A DNA stretch of 64,000 bases from Tubulanus polymorphus (lineage: Eukaryota > Animalia > Nemertea): contig NC_134032.1 in assembly GCF_964204645.1 (NCBI RefSeq), positions 11,086,275 through 11,150,274 of the forward strand, read 5' to 3'. How positions within the stretch are numbered: position 1 is the first letter of the stretch; the number at the start of each line of letters is the position of its first letter. The notes below the pieces were generated by a model. That model had not been told where the DNA came from. It saw nothing but the letters and a program-made list of their open reading frames with translations, and made no database searches. Shown here one piece after another: positions 25,891-38,032 of the stretch. The translations under genes were made by a program, and so were the position numbers.

Positions 25891-27369
25891 TTTCACGAAC
25901 CCCAGGGCTTCCTTCGGTTATCTGAGTTAGTCGACTATAGTCGAACTAAACGAAACCGAATCTCCGTTAGTCGGAACTATATTCCGGAAATAGTTCGAAA
26001 ATCAAGCGCATTCGGTTATTAGTTCAGACCACTAGTCGACTAGATACGAAAACCGAATTTGGCCCAAAACCGACATATCTGGTCAATCTATAGACTGCGC
26101 ATGAGTGGTCGTGGTAGGATTATTCCTGCTCGCATTGAGCATGAACTATACCGAAGACCGGGGTCAACTAAAATGATATCGAGATACCGCAGAGATGCCA
26201 CGACCACAATTTGGGTTCACCTTTAACTCGTGTTAATTCTGAGAGGAAACTGATGGCTCATTCATGATTAGGAGAATTTAGAAAATGTTCTGAATAATAT
26301 ACACAGAACACCCAACAGCTCGTGGCCGTCCAATTCTGCAATAGTCATACAACTCATCTTCCTATCTTCGGTCCAGTGCCGCGTAGCCTTTTCCATGTGA
26401 CAAACTCCGATCGGAGCGCTTTTGAAGGGTATCGTTAATGAAAAATCAATTGTTTGCCCTATTGTAAAGTTCAGTAACAGCATGGTTGATTCGGTCCAGT
26501 GAAATTGCTGAACAGATTGCCCCGGTGACGTCATCATAAAGAGGAAACCGTACATCGTGCGAAGCCTACATCATTACCATAGTTAAAACAACTTTGATTC
26601 CCTCAATAAACTACGTACAAAGCCTGTTATGCTGAAGAATAATTCGAAGCCAAGCCTACATCTTGTAAATGGTAAGTTTTGCACCCATGGCTTCTGTCGC
26701 GTGTGATAGTAAATGACAAGTTGGAAAGACTCTTCTCCAGTTGATATTACGCTTTTATTTTTCTACTTGCTTATGGCTGTTCCAGTTCCGGTGTTCTGTC
26801 TCTTTCTGTCTCTCCCTCTCTTTTTCTCTCTCTCTCTGTTTCAGGGACCTCCCTTATATAGGCACTCGCGAAACTGCCACGAAACTGCCACGTCGCAGTA
26901 CTGCCACGTCGCGCGAGCACCAACTATATGAATTCCCTTTTATTATAACAGCAACTGTTTAAATTTATTAATTCAGTGATTATAGTCCCTGGTAGCAAGT
27001 GAAACTAATGTGAAAACCATATGCTGATCTGATATTAAAATAATGATTTATGGAGAACTGGCGACCCAAAACTGAATGGTTTTCACGGCTGAATTAGTTC
27101 GGTTCAAACTGAGTTTATCAATGACACCAGGAACTATGAATTTGCTCTAAACCTATAGCTGCTGTTACACATAAATTATTGAATGACTATAACTTTCCTG
27201 ATACGTGGCTAAGCCGTAATGTGGTCAAACACAGGTATACCAGACCCTCGAAGTTCGTAGATGCCCTGATTATCTTTTTTGATGTATGAAATATGCCATT
27301 GGTGGGCCAGTTGATCTAACACTGGTTGCTTAACAATATGACGTCACGTGCACGCGAATTCCATAGGAA

Positions 27370-27800
27370 GTCATAATTCGGATAATTGCGTCAACCTGAA
27401 CAATGGTTTTTCCCCTCATAACCAACTTATTTCTAAATTCATCTGCAATTTGGTTAAACTTAAATGTTCCTTTTGTTCCCCTTTTCTCGCCCTCCTTGTT
27501 TTGTTATAATTTAATTTACTCAATTACTGTCACTCTCTCAACTTTGAATCACTTTTGTTTTAGTTAATTACACCTTAGCTGAATTCGCTCTTAATTACTT
27601 TATCTATTCAACTTAATTATGTCTCTATGTTCTGGTATATATATAAATATTTCTACTTCTTGTTGATTCAATATTCCTGAAGATGACTATTAGGTTTAAG
27701 TCGATCAACGTCGAATGAATAAAAACACATCAGCTATACAGGAAACATTTTTCGGACTTAATTTTTCGATTTATCAGTGTGGGATTCTCAACTATATCCA
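27370..27800 (+). mobile_element. Penelope-like 3' remnant, same family as 12170-12812
   Basis: Translates VNLNNGFSPHNQLISKFICNLVKL; degenerate hammerhead ctgaagatgact..agtcgatcaacgtcgaat at 27677-27716. Confidence 0.7.
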
Positions 27801-28197
27801 TAGGAAGTCACAGGAGCTAAAAGTGATTTGATGTAGAAAATATTCTCAAATCCACAGATAATGAAGTTGATGTTGTTGATGATCATATCGGGTTTGCTGG
27901 TTACCAGTGAGAATAAAAGCGCAGCAGAACCAAATATTTCTGGAAACAGGGGTACATATATATATTCCATGAATTTCTAAAAACAAATTCAATAAAAAGC
28001 GCGTAAAAAAATTCATGTCGAAAATGGTAAAATGGCAAAAGTTATAAGATCGCCTGTCACAATTTATAAATTTGTGTAATTTCAGATTTTGAGGATGAAA
28101 ACCCGGGCGCACTTGATCCCGATTCAACTTCAGAACTGGGAGTGTTCGCAGAAAACTCGGTCACGATTTCCGCAACTCGAAAACAATCCCGAAAAAG

Positions 28198-28438
28198 GTA
28201 TTTTTGGTTTATAACAGCGAGTTTTTATTCTGTTTTACAAGTTCAATAAAAACGGCCTTTTGTCTATTAACAGAAATTCAGATTGAAAAGAGAGGAGTCG
28301 ATAAGAATGGGTGTTGGTGAAGGGGACATATCGGTTTATGAGTACTGACAAAAGTTGTTGCCAGAAAACTATGGGAAGGTGTTGTTTATAGCGTTTATTT
28401 TCTGATTCTTGAAACAATTAATTTTCAAGTCGAATAAA
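28198..28438 (+). pseudogene. Frameshifted paralogue of the six-Cys peptide gene; signal-peptide exon missing
   Basis: Intron 28198-28273 resembles 32645-32730. Exon reads EIQIEKRGVDKNGCW* and, in a shifted frame, VKGTYRFMSTDKSCCQKTMGRCCL* (TAG 28389-28391). AATAAA at 28433. Confidence 0.8.
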
Positions 28439-29875
28439 AGCAATAACATGCAGTCAACAAACCCGCTTAATTCGGATTTTGGTCTATAGAATATATTATA
28501 TTCAGAAAATATTTGCAATGCATTTTTTCGGCAATATACAAAATGATTTTTAATCCGGATTTCTCGTAAACCGGATGAATTTTGTTGGCCCCAAATGATC
28601 CGAATTAAGCGGATTCTACGGTATAATGTAATGTACAAAACCTCATTTCTAGTTGAGCTTTTTCAATTTTTGAGCCCACTTGAAGGAGGGGGACCCAGCG
28701 TTGAGTTCACTTTCGGTTTGTCGTCTGTGAAGTTTTCGACACGCTTTGTTTGATTGCCTTTCTATCAATTGATTGATACAAACCATAGGGACATATCATC
28801 AGCCAAATAAAGACTGGCTTGATCAGAATCAAAATTGCCGGTCTGTATGTATAATCAGCAAGTGATTGAGCCCAAAGTTCATTAGAGGTGTACCCTTAAG
28901 ATCGCTAGAGGAGCGCCCAAAAGATCGATAAAGGAGTGGCCAAAAGATCGCTAGAGGTGTGCCCATAAGATCGCTCACGTGATAATCATCTCTATTATCA
29001 ATAACCAAACTTGTCAATCAGTAATTGATACAATCTGGCAGTTTGGCGATACTCCCAGACCGGGTAGAAATGTCAGTGAATACCAGCGATTATTTTGTAA
29101 TTAATTAATTCTTAGGCCTTTTGACACAGAGAGACTCAGAAAGTTATTCTGATTCTACATCTCTCTGTGACGACATCACGATTTACATACACAGGAATCT
29201 CACTCTTTTTTCATCCGCTGATATTCACAATTCCCTCGAAGCTTATAAAAGGGCGAAACACAACAGACATCTGTTTTGTAAAAATATCTTGGGCGGTGTA
29301 ATAGACCGAAGGATTCGCGGCAGGAGACGATGCTGATAAGCATACATTGATTACCATCTCTTGCTATACGCAATAGTCGTCAAAGGCGATGATAGTTTAA
29401 CATTTCACTACGTTTGCCTTGAGCGCGACTGATGGAACTGTTCGATCGTTTACCAGCAGATTTCAAAAGCAATCATTCGAAAAACGCACGTGACATGAGG
29501 GTTCGTTGAAACAATAATAAACATGAAAAGATGTACTTGTTTATTGCGGGTGGGCGCATTTTAATTTCAATATTTAAAAAAAGAAACGTTTCTAGTAAGC
29601 TAAGTAATCTATAGACTTGAGGCGGGAGGGCGCATTTTGTTTCCATGGATGTTTGTTGGTTTATTTTCTAATGCGGACGGTATTTGGAAGGAGGAACACG
29701 ATGCGCCTACATGTATCATTTTTGACCTCGTTGGCCTAATAAACTCGTTAAAAATGTATTTATTTAACAGATGCGAACGTTTTATTTATTCAGGATATTC
29801 AGGTTCATACATATTCAATATCAGTGAAAAAACTAAATCTCCTGAATAAACATATATTCAGGTATGTATCATAAT

Positions 29876-31267
29876 GGTGCGGTTTCTGAAATTTTTCTCA
29901 ATTTCCGGAATCATTTAAAAATTTCCGGAAAAATCTAAGGAGGGGTCTTACAATTTAAACAAATAATTCCAAAATTTTCCGGAAAATTCTAGAAATCTCA
30001 TTATCGCAGGGGGGTCACTTGGAATTCCGGGAAATACATTCCGGATTATTCTGGAAATTTCCGGAAATCTCATTCCAAAAATTGTTGTGTTAAAACAAAT
30101 TGTTTTTTTGCTGGGTTTTTTTTTGGGGTTAGGGTTTAGTGTTTAGAGGGCTAGGTTTTAAAGGGTTAGGGTTTAGGGGGTTAGGGGGTTAGGTTTTAGA
30201 GGTTTAGGTTTGAGGGTTAGTTTTAAGAGAGTTAGGGTTTAGGGGGTTAGGGTTTAGTGTTTAGAGGGTTAGGTTTTAGAGGGTTAGGGTTTATGGGTTT
30301 AGGGGGGGTTAGTGTTTAGTGTTTAGAGGGTAAGGGTTTAGTGTTTAGAGGGTTAGGGTTTAGTTTTTAGAGGGTTAGGGTTTAGGGGTTAGGGTTTAGT
30401 GTTTAGAGGGTTAGGGTTTAGTGTTTAGAGGGTTAGGTTTTAGAGGGTTAGGGTTTATGGGTTTAGGGGGGTTAGTGTTTAGTGTTTAGAGGGTAAGGGT
30501 TTAGTGTTTAGAGGGTTAGGGTTTAGTTTTTAGAGGGTTAGGGTTTAGTGTTTAGAGGGTTAGGGTTTAGTGTTTAGAGGGTTAGGTTTTAGAGGGTTAG
30601 GGTTTAGGCGTTAGTGTTTAGGGGGTTAGTGTTTAGTGTTTAGAGGGTAAGGGTTTTAGTGTTTTGAGGGTTCAGGGTTTAGAAAGTTAGGTTTTAGAGG
30701 GTTAGTGCTACTGTTTCCTACCATTTTATACGTACTATTCGTCTCAAAATCGTTTGAAATGTCCTGAGAAGCTCCAAGTTATGTACAAAAATGCTTCCAT
30801 CGATTTGGCATACATTTAGGGAAAAGCTGTGATGCTTTCAAAAAAGAACACAGTTCTAAATAAAGCGTTAATAAAACGCCATTTTATTAATTAACATTCA
30901 CACAAAACTTTGTGTTAAAACTTTGTTATGGTATCCAGGTGACCCATTAAATCTGGAACCGTCCGGAAATTTCTGGAAAAATAATTCTGATTTTCCGGAA
31001 TTCTGCGGTACCCCCCCCCCCCCCCTCCGTGCCGTTACGCGATCAGCTTTCTGGAAAAGCAATTCTATTTTATTCTGGAACGTCCGGAAATTTCTGGAAA
31101 AATAATTCTGATTTTCCGGAATTCCGCGGTAAATCCGTGCCGTTACGCGATGAGCTTTCTGGAAAGATCCGGAAATTTCTGGAAAAGCGATTCTATTTTA
31201 TTCTGGAATGATCCGGAAATAGTCAGAAAAACGATAGTAAAGTATGAAAAATGTCAGAAACCGCACC
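29876..31267. mobile_element. Non-autonomous TIR element with telomere-like core and nGAAn arrays; AAT TSD
   Basis: aat|ggtgcggtttctga ... tcagaaaccgcacc|aat. Confidence 0.8.
30125..30707 (+). repeat. Degenerate interstitial telomere-like array (TTAGGG/TTTAGGG/TTTAGAGGG/TTTAGTG)
   Basis: Directly visible, ~580 bp. Confidence 0.92.
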
Positions 31268-31861
31268 AATCTCGTATGTATCTATGACAGATATTAGCAA
31301 ACGCATTTTTCAAAGTTTCCCGAAATGAAAATCAACACCATTAAAGCATTTGCCATTTAAAAGGGATTTTTGAGGAATAAAAGAGTCGTAGGGACCCTGT
31401 ATAAGACACCGAGGAGTTAAAGAACTGTTCAAGTTACTCTTAAAAGTTTCAACGTGCAACCAATAATCAACCTGTGTAGGAAATGTCATTAATGTTAGAT
31501 GTTAAAATACAAGAAAGTATTTTACGGCCAACCCTAATAGAGTTCATATCAACTGTTGGAACTTGCATGAAATGAACTACTGCTGGCAACTACTGGTAAC
31601 CCTTTTGGGCCGACAGAGAATACTCAATTCTTAATTCAGCTTCATTTCATCATCCGTATTTTCAACGTACCGTATTCAGAATTTGTTGATGTTTGTCATT
31701 ATTACCTTTTTGACCCAAAAGAGAAAATGAGGTTGAATTGTTATTCGGGGTATTTAGATTAATACTAGATTTTTAGAAAATGAATATTTCAACTGGGGAT
31801 TGAAACTGCTTAAAAATATTCAATTCTAAAAGCCACTTACGATCAACGGACCAACTGACTG

Positions 31862-31923
31862 TATATAACTGATCAATTTTTATGGGTTGATAATTGTTCT
31901 GAAGCTGATCACAAACTCATCAG
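31862..31923 (+). promoter_or_regulatory. Candidate TATA box and short non-coding first exon of the peptide gene
   Basis: TATATAA at 31862-31868; strong donor CAG|GTAAGT after 31923; acceptor TTTCAG ends at 32573, one base before the ATG. Confidence 0.5.
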
Positions 31924-32574
31924 GTAAGTGCATGGGCTACGAGTGAGGTAAGAAAATTCGTTATCCATCGAATCAAAGTTCTACAATAAAAAGTAAAGAA
32001 CAGAAGCTGCCGATTTTAAATTGTTTCCCGACTTATTTCTTAAAGATTTGAAAATTTCCAATGAATGAGTCTAAAGTGTATAAAATGTGTTTGACATGAA
32101 CAGTGCTGACCACTGTACATAAAACTGACTAGGGAAACGGTGAAATGTGACAGTAACCGTGATCATACGGAGACCATTTGGGTCACACTGGCCCTCCCCA
32201 GACCCGGGTCAAATTAGGCCAATGGTTTATTATTGAGCGTGTTCATGCGCAAATCACTCAGTCAAAAATGATGCGGCAAGATGAGATGATGATTTAGGAG
32301 GTGAGGTGAATAGTTCGCGTCGTCACTAATTGCCATTCACACACAATCATTTCACCCTTGCTAAAATTTGGGATATGGCCTGTTCGATGTTTTTGGTACG
32401 GACCTAATTAGCACCGGTCTGAACGATTGATCCATCACTGGCTTCATCTGGCACGGGCCTAATTTGGGTAGATTACTGGGACATAACTAAAGGATTAAAT
32501 CGACAATTATAGTATAACTATCATAGTGTAATAGTTACCTAATAACCATTAAACATTTCTAATTCACTTTCAGA

Positions 32575-32852
32575 ATGTTTACTAAAACTCTGTTCATCGC
32601 GTTGGCCTTGTTTATGGTCGCAGGAGCTGCCGCGGCTACTGAAGGTATTTTTCTCGGTTTATAACAGCCGTTTCCAACAAAGTTTTTATTCCACAAACAT
32701 AAATCAAAGTGGCGTTTTATCTTTTTACAGAAATTCGGATTGGAAAGCGAGGACTTTCGTGTATTTGTAATGGGAAATCTGGTACATATTGGGTCATGAG
32801 TTTAAACCCGAAATGTTGTTCTTCAATTTTGGGACAATGTTGTCCTAATTAA
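32575..32852 (+). CDS. Secreted six-Cys peptide precursor (63 aa), APETx/BDS beta-defensin-fold toxin-like; exons 32575-32644 and 32731-32852
   Basis: Spliced translation MFTKTLFIALALFMVAGAAAATEEIRIGKR/GLSCICNGKSGTYWVMSLNPKCCSSILGQCCPN*. Signal peptide, KR processing site, phase-1 GT-AG intron, AATAAA at 32892. Confidence 0.88.
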
Positions 32853-33515
32853 GATTTCTGTTTCTGATATTTCGATAATAGTAATATTTCGAATAAAAAA
32901 ACAGATACAATATCTCTATTCTAGTTTTCAGCTGTTTTTTGTTTAAGCATTGGCCCAGGGCAGAATGCATTCACTTTCAGTGCGTCGCCCAGTTTTCTTT
33001 TCAACACGCTTTGGCGGATTTCGTGAACACCAATCTACCGGCGTCCCTTGACACCAGCTCAACAACTGACTAGATCAGATCTAAGTTAACCGATTTGCAG
33101 CCAATTGACTGTCCATATATATAATGTTTGCATGAATTAGTAGGTACATTTCTGCGTGGTAGTGGGCTCTGAGTGTCAAGACCGCCGCCGGACAAAAGCG
33201 GACTTTAGAAAACGACATAGTTTTTCGATCCCAATTTACAAATGATTTTCGAAATCATTCGTAGGCATTACAAAAACATCCATTTGGATCGCTATTTCTC
33301 AGCCAGAGATGGCTAGTCACGGCCAATCCTTCTTCCGTGGTCTAGCTCCGATCGGACCCAACGCTGATGATTCAAAAGAAGCCTACTTTTTTAATGAGTG
33401 GTAAACTACAATCCTGGAAGTGTTAGTGTTTCCACAGTAATCTCCGTCCTCGGGTGTATCGGTGCCTCTGAATATTGTACAATCAATAGCAATCGCCAAA
33501 ATTCTATACTTCGGA

Positions 33516-34139
33516 CCACAGGCACTTGAATATGGGCTTTGATAATGGATAAATATTTGATAATTCACCAGCGATACGTTAATCCTACTTTGATAGATCC
33601 GCCATGTTTTATAATAAATTTACCCATGATGCAACGCGCGGCCGTCGTTTAGCTATACTATACAGAAAGGCTGGAAACGATCCTATCTCCGTAATGCTTA
33701 AATCTACCCGCAGTTATCGGGACAGATGACGTCACAGCAATCCCGAAGAGGCATCGCGAATTTTCAAAAATCAATTTTGTTGCCATTTAAAATCTTTAAT
33801 GGAGCTAAAACAGTGTCAATGTTTCCAAAAAAATCATCTACAATTGAAATTATGGGCGCTCCTTATATATCAGGTTTAAAATTGACACTAAGGACGTACT
33901 TCGGCAATCATCGGCAGTGTTCGGCTGTCCCGATAACTGCGGGTAGATTTAAGCATTACGGAGATAGGATCGTTTCGTTTCCAGCCTTTCTGTATAGTAT
34001 AGCTAAACGACGGCCGCGCGTTGCATCATGGGTAAATTTATTATAAAACATGGCGGATCTATCAAAGTAGGATTAACGTATCGCTGGTGAATTATCAAAT
34101 ATTTATCCATTATCAAAGCCCATATTCAAGTGCCTGTGG
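33516..34139. mobile_element. Palindromic (foldback) element, ~210-bp arms and ~200-bp spacer
   Basis: ccacaggcacttgaatatggg ... cccatattcaagtgcctgtgg; arms near-perfect. Confidence 0.9.
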
Positions 34140-37100
34140 TGCTGCCCTCTCTCACTTGAAAAATACAGAACAATAGGTGATTGTGTTTAAATCTTTTGTC
34201 CGCTTTTTTAATGGTTTTTGGGCTCTCGGAGTCGATATTTGGAGGAAAATTCTACTGTAGAACAGGCAGAATAGGACCTCGTTACATCTGGTGGCAGCGT
34301 AGTGGGATTTGATTGTGAAAAAACCAGTTGAAATTGAGTTGAAGCGGTGAACACGTTTTTCTCCGTTTAGTCTGTGTACGGTTACTTTTTGTGTGTACTT
34401 TACGTTCTTTTTACCTACTTCGTAATTCCTAATGTCTATTTATTAATTGATGAGACCTGTTTTTCTTGGATATTTTGCTTACTTTTTGGGGTACATACCT
34501 CATTTATGTCTTAACAGAATGCCAAAAATCGCGGACAACAACTGAATATCCGATATATTTCCAGTTCTGTACCAATTAGATGGATTGGCAAAAAGACTCC
34601 TTAAGTCCAGTTGAATGAGAGAGAAAATCCTCCATTTTGTCAAATTTCTTGGATTTGAACATTGTTACCATGCCTACGCCACCCTGATTTAGTTGTTGAG
34701 ACCCCACAAGAAAAATAACTTCATTTCGTAGGCATGGTGACAATGTAAAAATTCAAGAAATTTCACAAAATGGAGGATTTTCTCTCTCATTCAACTGGAC
34801 TTAAGGAGTCTTTTTGCCAATCCATCTAATTGGTACGGAACTGGAAATATATCGGATATTCAGTTGTTGTCCGCGATTTTTGGCATTCTGTAAAGACATC
34901 AATGAGGTATGTACCCCAAAAAGTAAGCAAAATATCCAAGAAAAACAGGTCTCATCAATTAATAAATAGACATTAGTTCATATTTAGTATTATTTTAGTG
35001 CCTGTTTCCCCTAATTTTATTTGCGGTCCTGTATTTTCTGTGTCATTTATATAATAGAATAGTAATTATGTCTGGATGTTGAGAATGATGTGTGTGGTGA
35101 GCCCTTGGCCTGGCCTATGTCACCAACGGCCGGAGCTGCACATCATGACCTCCTGGTTAGTGGGGAGGGTAACCTCTCGTCAAAACCAAAACGTGGCCGC
35201 CCAACGAAGACGAAAGCGGAAAATTTAAAAACATCTGAGGATTCCATCCTTCAGCGCCTGACTGAAGTAATGGAGAGGGTCGTGACAAGAGATGCACCCA
35301 TCCCAAAAATGCACAATATTCAGGCGCCCAAGCCCTATACCATGGGACACAATTTCCGCGTTTTGCTCGAAAGGTTTGACCTGGCTCAGATTAGTTCTCT
35401 CATCGACGGGAGCGAACAGCGTAAATCACACCTGATGATGCGACTTGACCATGGGGCATACCAGGCTGTCTTGAACCTACGTCTCGACTCGAGCCTTTCG
35501 TATGATGATTTCTGTCGGCGGCTATCATCCCGTTTCCAGCAAACAAAGACTGTGGATGACTTTAAGATGTTGTTGAAAGGGAGGGACCAAAAGACCACAG
35601 AATCTGTGGAACGCTATGCTGACGAGTTAGCAGAACTGGCAAGGAACGCGTACCCTGGCATTGCTTTCGAGCTACAGGACGAATTGGCCAAATACCAATT
35701 TCTTACAGGTAATAGCCTACCCGTCTCAGCGAAGTAGTCAATGTATGCGGCCCAGCCAAGTTTGCTGGCTGCAGCAGTCGCTCAAGCACGGACTCTGGAA
35801 ACAGCGAGACGGTTGACTGAGGGCATGACTCATAAAAAAAAGAATCCGTTAACCAGACCCAGCTCGACTCGAGTAGCTCAGCCATAGCCAAACAATTCGA
35901 CGACTTGAAATCGATGATGGGAACGCTGATGACTCGAGTAGGCCATTTGGAAGCAGTTGTCTCTGGTAATGGCAATCGTTGACCGCCTGCTGATGACAAA
36001 TGTTGGCGTTGCAGGGATGCAGACCACCCCAAAAACTTGTGCCCACGAGTTAAATGCTATAATTGCGGGTGGAGTGGTCACTATTCAAGTAACTGCCACC
36101 TACCTAAGGGAAACCAGGGAAACGAGAAGCAGGGTTTTCAGGGGGGCAAGGGAAACCCCATCAGGAAATAGTCCCCCCTGTACCGCTGTATATACCCCCC
36201 GCAAGGCATAGGAAAAACGGATGAATATGGCAAATGGCCTAATGTGCGATGCAAGTAGAGATGCACCTATTGATGGTTCCCATCAAAATAGCCCCACCAC
36301 CGTGAGACCATCAAACCATATTCAAATGATATCGAGACCATCAAACCATAAGGAAACGACACCTCTAGATGGATATGTGGTTGCTGGCCCGGCAAGTGAT
36401 TCTAGTGGAAATACACCTACCGATGGTCCATCCTACTAGAACCATCACTGTTCGACCACAACAACATACCCAAAGTATAGAAGAAAATCGACGTGACCCT
36501 TCGGAGAACAGTGAGGCTCCCAGTCCGGCTATGGAAAACACTTGTCACAAGTTGCGCGACACCAAGGTTCAACCAACAGGAACGTCCAGATCGACGAGCT
36601 TAGTTACAAACATCGGAACAGTGAGGCTCCACGCCTCAGGTCTTTTCTGTGATGCCGTAGTAAATGACCGTTCGAAAGCGGTGGTACTCCTGGACACTGG
36701 TGCCTCCTGCACCATCATTAGAGGCTCAGTATGGGACTCTAGTAGCCCGACGGGTGAAGCCGCTGCACTAAGGCCAATGGAAGGAATCGTGACAACAATC
36801 GCTCAGCCAATGGAGTTACATGGGTTTTAGCTGAGGTATGTCTTGAGAGTTGGAACTGAAGAGAATTTCATGTCCCATTGATCCGCAGCGAGGATTTGGC
36901 CCAAGACTGCTTACCCGGAAGTGATTTCTTCGAGAAATATGGCTGCAACATAGATTACCGTAACAAAGTGCTCCGCTTCGGAAGCCTCAGCAAGGTGCCT
37001 GTCCGCCAGAGCCCCAAACGCGCGAGTGCTTGCAGGGTGCTTGCTTCATCAGTAAGAGCCAAATCATTCCAGCTGGATCCGAGGTGGTGGTAAATGGATA

Positions 37101-38032
37101 CATGAAACTGACTTATGCTCATAATAATTCGACCTCAGGGATGATCAGCAGCTGTGGACGGAATAATTTCTGCACTGGGAAAACGCTGGTCGTACCGGAG
37201 GCAAACCAGATACCAGTTCGGCTAGCTAACTTCTCGGATGAGGCTTGTAGAGTCGACAGGGGCCAGACTATTGGTCTATTCTGCCCCCTACAGTCAGTTG
37301 ACATTATGACTGTCGACGACCATGCTCAAAACCCATCAACTCCAAAAATCCAGCTGCAGGATGGTTACAATACTGAATTCATGGACCTCTTGAGAGAATT
37401 GAAAATCAACCAGCTTGAAATCCCCACTGACATGAAAACACAGCTTGTTGCCATCATACGGGAGCGCAAGTCAGTATTCTCGATTAGAGACTTTGACATC
37501 GGTCCAATAGATTCGCTTGAATTCGAGATTGACACCGGTGACCACCCACCAATATAACAACATCCCCTTCGGCTACCCCCTGGTAGGAGAGCTTTTGTTG
37601 AGAGGACGACCAAGGAGCTTTTAGAACATGACTTGATCCGGCCATCCACCAGTCCGTGGTCAAGCCCAATAGTTTTAGCGAAAAAGGCCGATGATTCCCT
37701 GCGCCTATGCTGCGATTACCGCCGACTCAATGACGAGACAGTCAAAGACTTGTCACCCGTTAGGTAGAATAGACAGTACCCTAGAGGCTTTATCAGGTGC
37801 GCCCTGGTTCTCGTCCCTCGATTTGACCAGCGGATACTGACAGGTCCCGATAAAGGAATCAGACAAACATAAGACCGCATTCACGACTGAAAACCATCTA
37901 TTTGAGTGGAATGTCATGCCGTTTGGAGTCTGTAATGCCCCGGCGTCATTCAGCAGACTGATGGCGATGGTACAGGATGATGTTGCATGGAAAACATGCC
38001 TTATCTACCTGGATGATGTAGTGGTGTAGTCA
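34140..38032 (+). mobile_element. Decayed Ty3/Gypsy LTR retrotransposon (LTR end, tRNA-Leu-type PBS, gag, protease, partial RT)
   Basis: GTTACA|tc|TGGTGGCAGCG PBS at 34289; gag 35090..35737; CYNCGWSGHYSSNC knuckle at ~36055; LLDTGAS protease; SPWSSP, DYRRLN, MPFG and YLDD motifs with stops; truncated just after YLDD. Confidence 0.9.
34429..34976. mobile_element. Second foldback element (~250-bp arms, ~48-bp loop) in the Gypsy leader
   Basis: ttc|ctaatgtctatttattaattgatgagacc ... ggtctcatcaattaataaatagacattag|ttc. Confidence 0.88.

Noticed and set aside
29244-29251. Perfect TATAAAAG as a promoter
   Set aside because: No supportable downstream exon or ORF.
30125-30707. True telomere or chromosome-fusion scar
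   Set aside because: Repeats are degenerate, in one orientation only, and enclosed by TIRs with a TSD.
33152-33515. 5' part of the Gypsy LTR
   Set aside because: Plausible, but there is no second LTR in the window to confirm the boundary.
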